64,000 nucleotides of DNA from Tubulanus polymorphus (GCF_964204645.1 NC_134036.1:2604001-2668000); one strand, 5' to 3'; numbered from the stretch's first letter, positions 51,501 to 63,096 are shown. Notes: a model not told the origin generated them from the sequence alone. A program made the numbers and translations.

Positions 51501-54500
51501 TAATCCATCTTTCTGTTTTATCCATTTTTAAATATATTATCCTAGTTTACTAACAGGGTCCAGCTGCACAAAGCTAATTAAAAATTGATTCAATTATTGA
51601 GTTCTAAAATGAAAAGGCGTCAACAGTTACTATCAAAAACCATGATTTTTTTTTCATGAAACTGGTCCCTGATAAGATAAACCTTCAATGAGTTTCAGGT
51701 ATAAGGGTTTATCAGTTGGTTTCTACAGTGTGTTCCCATGAAATTATCTTTTAGAGTTAGGTCTTGTTTTGTGCATATTTTAGCAGTGACACCATTTACC
51801 ATAGATAGAAACCCTTTTAAGACCGTGTTGCTTTTCAAAACCTTCAAAACCTCTATGATGCTTCAGCAATGCAGGATGATTTGATACCTTCATTTTATGC
51901 CGCGTGATTTGAACAACCTTTTTTTTAACAACCTCGCCCCATTTCGACGACTGGTGGCCGGGAACAGACAATATATAATACAGGTTAGATTTCTTATTCA
52001 AGAGGATATAACAGGCAAAACATGAAAAAAAATTCTGAAAAGTTATTTTTGCCGAACATCGAAAAATCGTTTTTAGACGACATATGCATAAATAGTGATA
52101 AAAACAAGAACTGATGATGAAAAAAACATTTCATACATTTACGTGAATCAACATTCAAAAACTGCTTCTGGTTAAGAGATACAAAACATTAAACATCGAT
52201 ACAAATTTACGTCTAGTAGAAAATGTTACAAAGAATGTAAATAATTCAAGGGCCCGTTTCAAAGACTCGGAATCGTAGGGATATATCGTCAGCCCAAGTG
52301 AATCACCACGTAGATGAATTATGAAAGGTCCCTCGCTGAAACCTGGTCTAAGAAACCGGGCCCAGAAATATATATACTTTTATTAAATCAAAATGACAAC
52401 CAATCAGAGTTTAATTTACCTGTTTTTTACGACCCTATATCAAGAAATTTGCAGAAAACATAAATACATAATTCTGACTAGCAAAAAATATCGGCTTCTA
52501 AACTTCTAGATGTGTAAAATCTTAATCAAACATTAGTCAACTGTAGTATACCAGCTTGACATGAGGGAACACAGTACAGTTGATACAGGTATGAACGACA
52601 ATAGTCTAACCATCGCAGAGAAGCAAATTCAACAAAATATTTAATGCAATACATTATAAAATGAGCTCAGCACTTATAAAATCTACAATCAATGATAGAG
52701 CCATATTGTACTAGAGGAGAGGAGCTCAACACTTATAAAATCTACAATCAATGATAGAGCCATATTGTACTAGTCTAACCGTTGTGGCTGGCTAACATAA
52801 ATGGCTGCCCGTCAGCCATCTTGATTCCAATCATCCTAATTTTTGGGCTGCCCATGTGGCCATACTAGTTACACGTACACACCAAATATCAAATCAATTC
52901 ATCGAAGTATTTTCAGAATTTTCCCTGAAAACCTTAAAATTATGTAAAAGTATTGACTTTTACAAGCATAAATGGCCGCCAATCAGCCATCTTGATTCTA
53001 ATCATCCCAATTTTTGGTCTGCACATGTGGTCATACTAGTTACACGTACACACCAAATATCAAACCAATTGTTCAAAGCATTTTCAGAATTTCATATAAA
53101 AACCCTATAAAATATGTGTAAGTATTGATTTTGCAAGCATAAATGGCCGCTTGTCGGCCATCTTGATTCCAATCATTCCGATTTTTGGTCTGCACATGTG
53201 GCCATACTAGTTACACGTACACACCCAATATCAAGAAAATTGATCTAAGTATTTTCAGAATTTTCCCTGAAAACCTTAAAATTATGTAAAAGTATTGCTT
53301 TTGGCAGCATAAATGGCCACCAGTCGGCCATTTTGATTCGAATCATCCCAATTTTTGAGCTGTACATGAGACCATACTAGTCACAGGTAGACACCAAATA
53401 TCAAGAAAATGGATCAAAGTACTTTCAGAATTTTCCCTGAAAACCTTAAAATTATGTAAAAGTATTGATTTTTGCAAGCATAAATGGCTGCCAGTCGGCC
53501 ATCTTGATTCGAATCTTTCCAATTTTCGGGCTGCGCTAATAAGATGAGAGGGGTCACATTGATAGCTGAATCTGCGTAGCGTATCAACTGAGATTGCTTT
53601 TGACGATTGAAAATCTTAAATTATTCGAACAAGAATGAGCAAATGAGAAAGACTAGTTCTCTTACCTGTTGTAATTCACCGACTTCCGGAACTTGATTTT
53701 TTTCGCTGACGACAGTTAAATTACCAAGATCCAAAATTAAACAATTCACATCTCTGAAAAATGAGATTGATCTTTAAAGAGGCAGATCAGCTATGAGATT
53801 GTATTGGGAATGGTCGCGCAATTGGAGATAGCAAGAACCTGTAGCCAGCAGTGAACTTATCAATGGTCAGCTATACAGAGCGGCCACTTTCTGCCTATTT
53901 GAAAATTTTCCAGAGATTCCCTGATTTTTCCAAGTGGTTACACAAAATTCCCCCCTGAATGAATCAGAGAAATTTCTACATTCAAAATGTTACAATTCAT
54001 CCATATTTCATTTAATCAGGTTCTGATAAAGAAACATGTAGTCAATAGTATTATCCGAATTCCCTCAAAATTTTTTCCTCAAGAGTTTTTCCAGGTTTTT
54101 AGTAAAATTTGCCTAAATCCTCAAATTTCCCTGATTTCTTTTCTAGATTTTTCCGATCGCCTGAGTTTTCCAGGCGAGTGGCGCCACCATGTTCGCATGC
54201 GTGTGTGATTGTAATGATACGTACTTGGTATAAACACCTTTCTCAGGTACGATCACGTAACTTGGTTTCACGTCGATGCTGATATCCGTGTATTTATGTT
54301 CCTGAATCGCGTGCTGTAAACCGGTCGCCGAGATCTCCTTGAATTCCTCGAATTTCGACATCGCCGCCGCTGACAATCTGAAATTACATCAGCTCGTCTT
54401 AAATATCTCCTAATCAAAGATATTTCAAAATTTCGCCTGAAAACCTTTTAAATATGTGAACGTGTCCATTTTGGCAAGCATAAATGGCTGCCCAATGGCG

Positions 54501-57500
54501 ATCTTGATTCTAATCAACCCAATTTTTGGGCTGCACATGTGGCTAGACTAGTTACACGTACAAAACAAATATCAAGCTAACTGAACGAAGAATTTTCAAA
54601 ATTTCGCATTAAAACCTCAAGAATTGGTAAAAGTGCTTATTTTGCAAGCATAAATGGCCATCTTGACTCCAATCAACCATATATATTTGGTTTGCACATG
54701 TGGCCAGACTAGTTACACGTACACCCTAAATGTCAAGACAATTGATCAAAACTTTTCAAAAATTTTGCATGAAAACCTACATAATATGTGATCACAGACC
54801 CCTCCAAAGAAGTCTGCTTCCATAACTCCCTATGACACGACAGGTGGAGACTGATATTGATCTCAGTATTTCAAAGTTAATGAATAAAATCCACTGTTGA
54901 TGATTTAACAGTTTTATTTTCTAAAAGTTTAAAAGGCTTGGACTAAATTTCATCATCAGAGAACTGAAAATTTGATGATGAAGTTTAGACAACAAAACTT
55001 CAAAACTATCAGAAAATAAATAGTTAAATCAACAACTGTTGGTTTCCTCATTATCTCCCTACACTATGATATGAAGATAAACTTACTGTTTCAGCCGCAC
55101 TGATTCTGGAGGCTTGAAGAAGTTTGCGATTTGATTGATTGTGTGCTGTAAGAGCAGAAAACATGAAATTAACTTTCCATTCTATGCAAATGAGATGCAA
55201 ATGCAAATTAGATATGATAGCTTACAGCGTCATAGATAATCTCCAGCGGTCGAGCGCAAACTCTAATTCGAGTGTCCGCTTCGCCATCTAGTGGATTAGT
55301 TTCGAACTGCACGTCGAGCAATGAGAAAATACGATCTTCCTCAGAATTCTGGGACGATACGATCCGCGGTGGCGATTTACCCTTACGCGCCATACCCTGT
55401 ACGTCTAGGGCGTCCATCTTGGCGTCGACTCGCAGGGCGCTCGCCGCCGGTCGTTGGCCGATATTAGCGTAGACATCCGTCAGCGACAGTTTCAGAATTT
55501 CGGGAGATTTCCTGAAAAACCAATTTTTAATCAGCCTTACTTGCATGCATATACAATCTAACACGGTGGCACCACTTTCTTCAATTTGAAAATTCCCTGC
55601 GCATTCCACTTTCCATGAAACGAAATTCCCCAAGAGGGAACCTGCAGGAGAATGGATCAGGGAATCTTACTTACACGAGTTCCTCGTCTTCGAGTGTCAA
55701 CGAAAACGCGTTCAATCGGAACAAGAATTTATGCGCAACATACTGAAAACAATAAAACAAGATGTTTTCGGTAAATATGAACTATTCAGGGCCCAGTAGC
55801 ACTAATGTGTATTTCAACTTGACTTGGGAGGATGTTAGGTGGCCTAGTTCAGTCAGTTCTTGTGGTACATACTTGATATAGGTCTCAATAGGACCAGCAT
55901 TGATGGGCAGTTAAACTAAAACATTGATTTAATCTTAAGCTGCCTGTCTGTCCTGGTCATATTAAGACCTTTATCAGGTATGTACTAGCAAAACTGACTA
56001 AGCTAGGCCACCTGACATCCTCGCGAACCAAATTGAAATGTCATAACCCGGAGCCCTTATTCTTTAGACTCAACTAATAGTGTTAATAAGCTTCACTTAC
56101 ATCGACGGGTAAATTTTCGTCCACCGCATTTTCCTGGTATCCGATGGCGCCGTAAAGTTTTGCTTTCTCCTCGGGAGTCATAGCTTTATAGAATTCCTCT
56201 TCTACATCGATAAAAACAACAATAGGATTTCAATGAATGTTTGTCTCATCGTTATCATTACTACTAGTTGACACAGGGTCCCCAATACAGATCAGTCATT
56301 CATGGATTTAAGGAGTTTTAAAGGAGAGAATTTCAAATTTTAAGGAAGCGCCTGCACTTTCATATCCCAATTACTGTAGACTCTTCTTAAATCGGTACTG
56401 TTCATCTCAGTAAATTTATTTGTGGTTTTGTAAGCAAAATCACAGACGGACGGAGGCCTGGTGGTGGCCTATTGGTGTTTTCATCCTATACACTACCTAA
56501 ACTCAGTGCCTAATTCGGTAACAGCCTTATTGGCGAAATTTACTGATTTAGGCATGGTTCGCTGTACAAGTACAAACAATTCTAATTGCCTATTTCTCTA
56601 AATTAAAGCAGTTTTAAAGAAGTTTTGTGTATTTTGCTTAAATTGAAGGAGTTTCAAGCACCTTACAAAGCATTTTCGGTTTAGAAGGAGATTTTAAGGA
56701 ATCAAGGAGTGGTAGGGACCCCGATACATCTTAAAGGTTAAGTGAAATGATATCAATACCAATATTAATGATAATCGAGTTTGAAATAATAAAATTTGTA
56801 AACTTACGTATTTCGTTTGCTTTCTTGTCTTCTGCACCTTTGTTACCGCCGAACCATCCTTTAAACCAGCCGCCTCCTCCGCCGGACTTCTTTCCCTCAC
56901 GTTTCGCTTCGAGTTTAGCTTGTTGCCGTACCAACGTGATGTTCATCACGTCCATCAGCTTCTCACATTCCTTCACGGATAAAAAACAAAAATGATGAAT
57001 TGACATATGTTTGATTTATTTTTGGCTGCGTTTACTGTTTAACATGAGCGGAGTTTCAATTTTAATTTACTATGATAATGAAGAGCGTTGGCACTTTTGT
57101 TTTTCGACTACGACTTTCGATCGTGACAATCGAAGATGCCAACACGCCATCTGGTGGTGGGATAGCTGATGCATTCCTTACCTCGAAATCCTTTGATTCA
57201 TCTTTTGATAGTTTCTTATTCAGTAGACGTTTTTTGTACATGTCCTTGTAGCGTTTCAGACGATCGCGATGCGCTTTCATGTTCTGCCACGACCACATCT
57301 TCTTACGTCGTTTTATGTTACCTTCCATCGTACACGTGTACGCGTAGTGCCACCTGGTGATCAAATGAGAGAACATTAGACGAAAGGAGAGTTGATGCAC
57401 ACTGCTATTTAACAAAGTTGATCCTTCCAGTAAGGATCAAGGGGAAGCAAAATGTTTATAACACCAAATCATCTCTTTTTCAAGGAGTCAGCAACCTTTT

Positions 57501-60500
57501 CCAGAAGTGCTTACAATGCTAAATCCTCATTTAATAAAGTTGACCCTTCAAGCGAGGATCCAGGGGCAGCAAAATACTTATGACATCAAATCATCAATCA
57601 TGATGTCATAGGTAGATTTTAATGAGATAGCCATCTCTTTTTACAAGGAGCAACCTTTTCTAGGAGTGCCTACAACACCAAATCATCATTTATTATGTCA
57701 TAGGTGGATTTTGGGAACAGCCATACTTTCTACAAGGTGTCAGCAACATTCTCTATAAGTGCTTCCAACGCCAAATCATCATTTATAATGTCATAGGTTG
57801 ATTTTGGGAACAGCCATACTTTCTACAAGGTGTCAGCAACATTCTCTATAAGTGCTTCCAACGCCAAATCATCATTTATAATGTCATAGGTTGATTTTGG
57901 GAACAGCCATATTTTCTACAAGGTGTCAGCAACATTTTCTATAAGTGCTTCCAACGCCAAATCATCATTTATAATGTCATAGACATGGATTTTGGGAAAT
58001 AGCCATCTTTTCTAGAAGAGGTGCGACGATGCTAAAATAGAATTCTCACCATTCTTTCGCGTGTCCTTTGTACGGAACGTCTGGACGTCCATATTTTCTA
58101 TAAACCGAGGTCAACTGCATGCGTTCCACTGATTCTAACATTTCCAATACATTCTGGTACTGTGTACGATAACATGAAATCAACGAAAAATTTTAGTTCA
58201 ATAAACATTTGAAACGAAAACTGAACATAGAAGAGACCAATGTGCTCTTCAAGAAGAGGAATTATCTATACTTTCTCTTTAAATCGCCATATTTGGAATT
58301 TTCTCCCAAATTTTCATCTTCTGGAAAAGCACAATCAAAAAGTCTCTTCGAAATAAGAAGAAAACTGAGCATATTCTAAGAAACTAGGACCGTTGTGCTT
58401 TTCAAGAAGAGGAACCTATACTTTCTCTTTTGATTGCCATGTTTGGAAATTTCTACAAATTCTTCCATCTCAAGAGAAGGCAGAAATCTTCATCTTCTGG
58501 AAGGGCACAATCGAAAAGGCCCCTTCGAAAAAAGGCATCTCAAGAGAAGGCAGAAATCTTCATCTTCTGGAAGAGCGCAATCGAAAAGGCCCCTTGGAAA
58601 AAAGAATATTCCGAAGGACGTACTTGTTTTTTACTGAGGTGAACGCCAATCTCTTCGAACACAACGTTAAGCAGTATTTTCGGTACGGTGAACTCTAACG
58701 CTTCAGGTTTCGTGTTCAACGTCAGCTGCACCTTTGATCTGATCGGGTTTAATACTGTAATAAAAAACGAAAAACTGTTAAGGACACCAAATAAAAAAGG
58801 AAAAGCTGTAAAGGACACTGAATGAAACGAAATCTACTAATCAACTAAATAATCGGGTCAAACCCTATTCTAAGATCAAATGAAACTAAAACCTATTTTT
58901 ACAAAGTTACGGATGAAATTGATCACTCTTTTGATGAACTGTTAGTATCTATCATATATTTGTTTGGCCCTTATGAACAGTAATAGCTGGGAATAGGAAA
59001 GTTCAATGATCTACCTCTTTCACCAAGAGAATATCTAATTTACATGATTGTTGGTTTAAAACGGAATTTAAAAGAGCTTTTTGTTTACCGTAGTTGAGGT
59101 TTGTTTTATTCGTGGCTGATGCGATTGAGTCTTTCATGTTCAACTGAAAAAGACAAATTGAACATTTATCGTTTTTCATCTTTATCATAGCCACCTTCAG
59201 AAATACTGAATACTGAATACAGATAAGGATCTGTATTCCTGAAGATGACAATTAGGTTATATAGTCGAAATGTCGAATCAATGAATTATCAGTTTAAAAA
59301 GTGTTTCAGGGCTGCCAACCTCTGAAAAGTGCTACCAGTAACAAATTTTTTCAGTAAATATCTCCAAATTAATCAGTAATCACCAGTAAAACCTACAGTG
59401 ACATCTTTCATATTTCTGTTCAAATTAATCAGTAATCAACAGTAAGACCCTTGGTTACATCTTTCATATTTCTGTTCAAATTAATCAGTAATCAACAGTA
59501 AGACCCTCATCTAACATATTTCATATTTCTCTATGCATCAACCAAATCTAATCAAGTATTTCTAGTTATAGATAGTAACTTATACTAAAAATGAGGAACT
59601 GTGTTGGCAGCTCTGGTGTTTCATCAATAGTAGCTATCCCTGAACCGCGTTGTATCAATACTGACCAGTAGTTGTTCTTTGGGTAATTCACTATAGAGGG
59701 CAGTGTCGCTGTTCCAGTAAAGCGATAGACAGTCGAGTTGGACCAGTTTGTGAATGGTCGAAACGGCTTCTTTGATTATGCATGGTTTCCAGCTATCGTT
59801 GGTCGTCTGTGAAGAGAATGGAAATTTCCAAAATGAAATTGGGAACAGGAAAAGGGAAACGGCAATGAAAAGTTATTGATCCCAGCGAACAGTAAGCTTA
59901 GAACATCCATAACACTGGACCTCTTGAAGCACTTTCCAAATGCGTGGAAAAAACCACTTGGGCAAAGATGGAAGCCATCACTTCTATTAGCGGGAATCAA
60001 ATTAATACCCATTGCCGTTTTTCACTTCATCCAGTTTCTCACTTCCCCATCTTAGAACATCGTTTTAATGTTCGCAACATAACACTGGAACTCTTCCTCA
60101 AGACTTGAAGCGCTTTCCAAATGCGTGGTCTGACCTAGTTAATAATGGCAAGTTTTTTTATGGTCAACCACTTAGGCAAAGATGGAAGCCACCACTACTG
60201 CAGGATAGGATAAGAAGGATGTTTAAGAGCTGAACACCATTTGGTAACACCCTAGGATCAATAAATACCACAGGACAGGAAAACACAGATCCCAAGAAGG
60301 ACATCATTTCCCAATGCCTCATAATCACAGATGCTTAAGAAGGAAATGATTTCTGAACTCTCAGGTGAAAATGGATGCCAAGCGTGTTTTCCCTTTATTT
60401 AGGAGAAAGAAATAAAACCAGTTTTTCCAAGTGGACAAGTCAGCCACACGGCATAGGGGACCATCTTTCTATATGGGTTAGATCCTAGCCAGATGATGCA

Positions 60501-61909
60501 AAGCTTGATCACTTCGACCTCATGCATTTGACCATTACAGTGGCGTTGGAAGTGCAGCGACTGCAGCAGTAAAAGCCATGGCAATAATTTACTGAATGAC
60601 GTTTTTTCTCTCTTTGAATACAATGTTTTTGACGAAATTGAAGTAAATTCGCCACGGCAACGTATTAGATAGAACCTGTAAAATTGGCAATTGGCCACAG
60701 CAATCAAAAATTGCTTCTAAACGCGTCTGCATTATTAGCTGCAGAGTCAGACGCTATAAGGGACCACGGTTCTATATGGGCACCACATGGTGCAAAGCTT
60801 GATTACTTTGACCTCGTGTATTTTACCATATTAGTTGCCGCGTTATCATTTTTAACTTACCTCGAATGAAAGTTTATCGAGAGTGACGCCGATCGATATC
60901 GGATGAGCCGGATTCGTAAATCGATCCTCGTAACGAACGTGTATCCGATTCACGATCACCTGGAGATTTTTTATCACCTGAGTTGCGAATTTTTCGGCGA
61001 ACGAATCTTTCTTCACTTCTTTCGGTTTGTCTGAATAGTATAGAGCGACGACGCACGGCTTTCAGAAAGTAATTCTCGTGTTTTAAAAATGACATTTAGG
61101 CAATGTCGGCTGAAGAACTTAGTTCGACATTTTTAAGGATGCCAGACGATCACATCAGCAATGGGGTAGCGGTAGATGGCGCCAGACATAACACTGGGTC
61201 ATTGGCAGTGAAAATCAGTTAATTTTCAATGAAATTAGGCCTTGATTTTTAGGCTTCCAAATTTGTCATTTGTAAATTATCAAACAAGTCATTGAATAGA
61301 TTTCAGATTTGCTTTCGCACTCAGTTTATGGCGTAGATTTCACTAAAAGTTGATTTACTAATGAGAAAAGTTGACTTGAATTTAAATGAAATGTTGAAGG
61401 AAATTGAAGTGCAGTAACCGAGTACCACTAGCAATGCCTTGTGGATGCCTCGCTTGCCACAGTAGCATTGCCCGTATGCCGTTGTAGAACTTTTTGCAGA
61501 AAAATATTAATTTTGTTGATATTGTCATTAATGATGGGTTCGAATAGTTTCATCACACACAGTTGAACTCCAGGGTAATTAATGGGAAAACCATTTAAAT
61601 AAGTTAATTATGATGATGGATGACTTCATGAATCATTTCCTTTTTTGTCTCGAGCATAAAAAACCAGCTCCAGGGCAACAAAATCATTGCATAAATTTTA
61701 AAAACTTTCTACATCAATGGATTTCAATTCTAAACCAGTAATCCATCGATTAAGATTCTTCTTAAGTTGATTACCAAATGAAATAAATTCTAAATGCTTC
61801 TTACCTTTTTCCTCAGCTGCAGCCTTCTCAGCCTCTTCTATTCGTGTCAGCTCTTTTTGTTTGGAATCCTGGGCGGATTTTTCTTCTTTTTCCGCGTCAT
61901 ATTTGACAC
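9559..61909 (-). CDS. VPS13: VPS13A/C-type bridge-like lipid transfer protein; 5'-partial, 70 core coding exons traced
   Basis: Chorein-N region ([11 protein letters not shown]; [19 protein letters not shown]; IHVRYED), VAB repeats ([15 protein letters not shown]; [14 protein letters not shown]), ATG2_C ([15 protein letters not shown]; [23 protein letters not shown]) and PH tail ending [17 protein letters not shown]. Exons: 61909-61805, 61030-60861, 59806-59666, 59143-59089, 58754-58624, 58159-58050, 57353-57182, 56970-56808, 56201-56101, 55742-55675, 55511-55226, 55145-55087, 54377-54225, 53753-53666, 50864-50780, 50681-50564, 50094-49959, 49654-49559, 49469-49371, 48901-48745, 48290-48202, 48022-47782, 47640-47524, 47440-47337, 47242-47075, 46388-46081, 45564-45417, 45343-45223, 44764-44422, 41655-41480, 41156-40974, 40493-40363, 40109-39987, 39382-39230, 37246-37150, 36324-36251, 36143-36024, 35885-35757, 35186-35025, 34560-34276, 33835-33674, 33294-33134, 32559-32448, 32304-32173, 31714-31628, 31522-31409, 31261-31160, 28992-28900, 23730-23461, 23065-22934, 22641-22511, 21933-21807, 21638-21516, 21392-21283, 21155-20996, 20612-20478, 20048-19897, 19130-19028, 16630-16508, 15553-15408, 15083-14920, 14160-14053, 13932-13769, 13441-13360, 13067-12980, 12870-12756, 12113-12022, 11924-11801, 10247-10173, 9612-9559. 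Sum is 9506 nt = 2 + 3168 codons, so the model is frame-consistent. Confidence 0.95.
9698..9810. mobile_element. Short palindromic MITE (PIF/Harbinger-like)
   Basis: Near-perfect hairpin TTTTATAGAC..ATTACCTTTAACCC..GGTTAACTCAATT / AATTGAGTTAACC..GGGTTAAAGGTAAT..GTCTATAAAA, flanked by CAG. Confidence 0.6.
10290..10492. repeat. 30-bp degenerate tandem repeat, 7 copies, each containing TGATTGG
   Basis: TGATTGG at 10300, 10330, 10360, 10390, 10420, 10450 and 10480. Confidence 0.85.
10774..10830 (-). CDS. Candidate 57-nt cassette exon of VPS13 ([19 protein letters not shown])
   Basis: CTCTTCAG acceptor, CGG|GTAAGT donor, phase 0/0, no stop codon. Confidence 0.5.
11575..11745. repeat. ~60-bp minisatellite family copy
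   Basis: TTCAGTAAAATTATGATTAGTTACTAATGATGACCTT..CATTCTCAATAACTTCAA units; same family as 15600-16506 and 21980-22390. Confidence 0.8.
12258..12545. mobile_element. piggyBac-type non-autonomous element
   Basis: TTAA|CCCTTTCAGTGC ... GCACTGAAAGGG|TTAA: TTAA target-site duplication with CCC/GGG termini. Confidence 0.85.
14562..14699. mobile_element. PIF/Harbinger-like MITE
   Basis: CTG|GGGCCAGTTGCACAGTC ... GACTATGCAACCGGCCC|CTG. Near-identical copy at 50334-50470; related copies at ~41270-41392 and ~22790-22896 (reverse). Confidence 0.8.
15600..16506. repeat. ~60-bp minisatellite array with a higher-order ~360-bp duplication, filling most of a VPS13 intron
   Basis: Repeated GATTCAGTAAAATTATGATTAGTTACT(A/T)ATGATGACCTTCTCATTCTCAAT units. 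A spacer block (GTAATGTCACCTTGTGATGAATG...) occurs twice, at ~15708 and ~16079. Confidence 0.9.
17195..17378. promoter_or_regulatory. Cluster of four RFX X-box-like motifs
   Basis: GTCTCCATAGTGAT 17195, GTTTCCTTGGCAAC 17227, GTTTCCATGGCGAT 17284, GTTACCATAGCGAT 17365. Confidence 0.6.
17636..17806. mobile_element. hAT-like MITE (CAGAGCTGCCAAC TIR family)
   Basis: CAGAGCTGCCAAC ... GTTGGCAGCTCTG termini; relatives at ~13208, 48355-48620 and 59307-59615. Confidence 0.7.
19640..19892. repeat. Pyrimidine-rich ~33-bp minisatellite adjacent to a VPS13 splice donor
   Basis: CTCCCTCCCTATCTCCCTATCTCTCACTCTCTC units. Confidence 0.85.
21980..22390. repeat. ~60-bp minisatellite family, reverse orientation
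   Basis: GAAGTTATTGAGAATGAGAAGG..GTCATAAGTAACTAATAATAATTTTACTGAATC units, ~6-7 copies. Confidence 0.85.
25128..25235 (-). CDS. Candidate 108-nt cassette exon of VPS13 ([10 protein letters not shown]...PWKKSGK)
   Basis: CTATCAG acceptor, AAA|GTAAGT donor, phase 0/0, open frame, exon-like composition. Confidence 0.65.
26416..26460 (-). CDS. Candidate 45-nt cassette exon of VPS13 ([15 protein letters not shown])
   Basis: Long polypyrimidine tract plus TTTATAG acceptor, GAG|GTAGGA donor, phase 0/0. Confidence 0.6.
26751..27070. mobile_element. Second, more diverged copy of the 1542-1881 MITE
   Basis: Same TIRs (GGGATTTGAACCTGATGGCA / TGCCATCAGGTTCGAATCC); flanking direct repeat ATATTCAT at 26743-26750 and 27071-27078. 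Confidence 0.8.
28046..28150 (-). CDS. Candidate 105-nt cassette exon of VPS13 ([17 protein letters not shown]...KKSTGKGSS)
   Basis: CTTGTTCCGTCAG acceptor, TCG|GTAAGT donor, phase 0/0. Confidence 0.65.
29823..30034. mobile_element. TIR element (CAGG.GC.GATCCAGG family)
   Basis: CAGGAGCAGATCCAGG ... CCTGGATCTGCGTCTG flanked by CTTAA on both sides; partial copy at ~33442-33595. Confidence 0.6.
30340..30357 (-). CDS. Candidate 18-nt microexon of VPS13 (QTHQEE)
   Basis: TTTTATAG acceptor with upstream TGCTGC, GAG|GTTCGT donor, phase 0/0. Confidence 0.55.
30519..30808. mobile_element. hAT-like non-autonomous element (CAGGGTGGCCACT TIRs, internal TTCCCTGA repeats)
   Basis: CAGGGTGGCCACT ... AGTGGCCACCCTG; related copies at ~20669-20917, 32790-33055, 44834-44980, 49000-49350, 50147-50510, 53876-54190 and 62125-62400. 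Confidence 0.7.
33985..34182. repeat. ~32-bp degenerate tandem repeat
   Basis: TTTTAAGGACTGAACTGGAAAAGGAAGTAAAT units, ~6 copies. Confidence 0.8.
36442..36797. repeat. 31-bp perfect minisatellite, 11+ copies, with degenerate copies continuing to ~37070
   Basis: ACTCATTGGCAATGTTCTAATGTATCAAGGT repeated head-to-tail with no spacers. Confidence 0.95.
38234..38263 (-). CDS. Candidate 30-nt microexon of VPS13 ([10 protein letters not shown])
   Basis: Strong pyrimidine tract plus TGTTAG acceptor, AAG|GTTTTG donor, phase 0/0. Confidence 0.55.
38371..38678. repeat. 39-bp perfect minisatellite, ~8 copies
   Basis: GGATGGAATATACACGGAGAGATGGAGGAGGAGTTTATC units. Confidence 0.95.
38724..38741 (-). CDS. 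Candidate 18-nt microexon of VPS13 (SIEQQG)
   Basis: TTTTTTTACAG acceptor, GGA|GTACGC donor, phase 0/0. Confidence 0.45.
43795..43809 (-). CDS. Candidate 15-nt microexon of VPS13 (adds GHTIS)
   Basis: TTTTACAACAG acceptor, CAG|GTAATG donor, phase 2/2 matching the flanking exons. Confidence 0.55.
50334..50470. mobile_element. PIF/Harbinger-like MITE nested in an hAT-like element
   Basis: CTG|GGGCCGGTTCCATAGTC ... GACTATGGAACCGGCCC|CTG. Confidence 0.8.
51888..51950 (-). CDS. Candidate 63-nt cassette exon of VPS13 ([21 protein letters not shown])
   Basis: CCACCAG acceptor, AAG|GTATCA donor, phase 0/0. Confidence 0.5.
52420..52434 (-). CDS. Candidate 15-nt microexon of VPS13 (GRKKQ)
   Basis: TTTTCTGCAAATTTCTTGATATAG acceptor, CAG|GTAAAT donor, phase 0/0. 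Confidence 0.6.
52796..53535. repeat. ~172-bp tandem repeat, ~4.3 copies; two more copies at ~54410-54790
   Basis: CATAAATGGC..CC.GTC.GCCATCTTGATTC.AATCATCCCAATTTTTGG..CATACTAGTTACACGTACACACCAAATATCAA units. Confidence 0.9.
57680..58010. repeat. 93-bp tandem repeat of the dispersed TGTCATAGG-GATTT family
   Basis: CAGCCATA at 93-bp spacing. A related motif (ATGTCATAGGGGGATTT) recurs at ~4005-4300, 21250, 27400, 27800 and 49700-49910. Confidence 0.8.
59307..59615. mobile_element. hAT-like MITE with 6-bp flanking duplication
   Basis: GTGTTT|CAGGGCTGCCAAC ... GTTGGCAGCTCTG|GTGTTT; internal ~57-bp repeats. Confidence 0.75.
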
Positions 61910-63096
61910 CTTTGAAACAAATAACAGTCAAGCAGAGAATTACAAAACTTTTCAATTAATTTTCACGTAGAGAATAGTTGGCATTATTGATGAACTTCAT
62001 GTAGGACCTAAGATACAGTGAAACGAAGACATAGATATCAGGGGCTGAGGAACTGATTGTAATCAATGATTATGCTCATGTTGAATAGGATTCCTCCAGA
62101 TGATAGGGCTGAGGAACTAATTCAGTTCGGCCACTTTCCACCCATTCATAAATCCCCTGATTTTAACGAGTGATTACACAAAATTCCCCCCGACTGATTC
62201 AGAGAAATATCTAGGTTTAAAATGTTACAATTCATTCATTTTTCGTCGAATCACGAACTGATAAAGAAACTTGTGGTCAATACCATCATTCAAATTCCCA
62301 GAATTTTTACAGGTTTTTTGTCAAATTTGTGAAATTCCATGAATTTACCCTGATGTTTTCTATATTTTTCTGATTCCCCAAGTTTTCCCAAATTTTTCCC
62401 TTTATTTGCAATCCACTGACTATCATGTTTTAGAGGAAACCTCCAGATGATGGGTGCTGAGGAACTTATTAAAGGATTCATATATTTTCGAAGAGAACAT
62501 CAAGAACTAATACTGATACGGACGATAACCTTGATAAGTGGACTGATTTGGCGACAGTGAAAGTAATAAAACATTCTGGAGGGTGGTTGTTACTGGGCCG
62601 TTTAGAATTTCTTGCCGTTTTCACGCAAATATTGGAAAAATACGAAACCGGATACTCCCGGATACTTCTGGATACTCGGATAGCTGGTAAAAAGGATCTA
62701 TATATATTAACTCAAACTCGATGATAATCACACACACACACAACAAATACAACCCACAGTCACAGCTGAATAATATAAATGGGAAAAATATCCTGAAGAA
62801 GTGTATTTGAACAGTCATCAATATTTATATAAAATACTCTCAGCGCGGGTTCCATGTTGGAAGTGATATTCATTAATCGTAGTTCAGTTCTAGTAGAGAC
62901 TGAGAGCCATCCACAACGGTGACAAAATATACAACGTAAACTTCATTTCCTCGCAAGTACAGTTCATGAGTACAATGTGTGGTTATCTATGATTCGGCTT
63001 GCAGTGTTCTCCGTATATGCCAGAAAGGGGGCTGCATTCATTGCTAAGTGTGGCAGCTGAAGTAGCAAGGCTTTCAATCCCCCCGAAAAAAAATTG

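Noticed and set aside
62530-62690. Possible upstream VPS13 exon or alternative first exon
   Set aside because: The frame that would join exon 61909 contains a TGA and does not convincingly match the chorein N-terminus; the real first exons probably lie beyond 64000.
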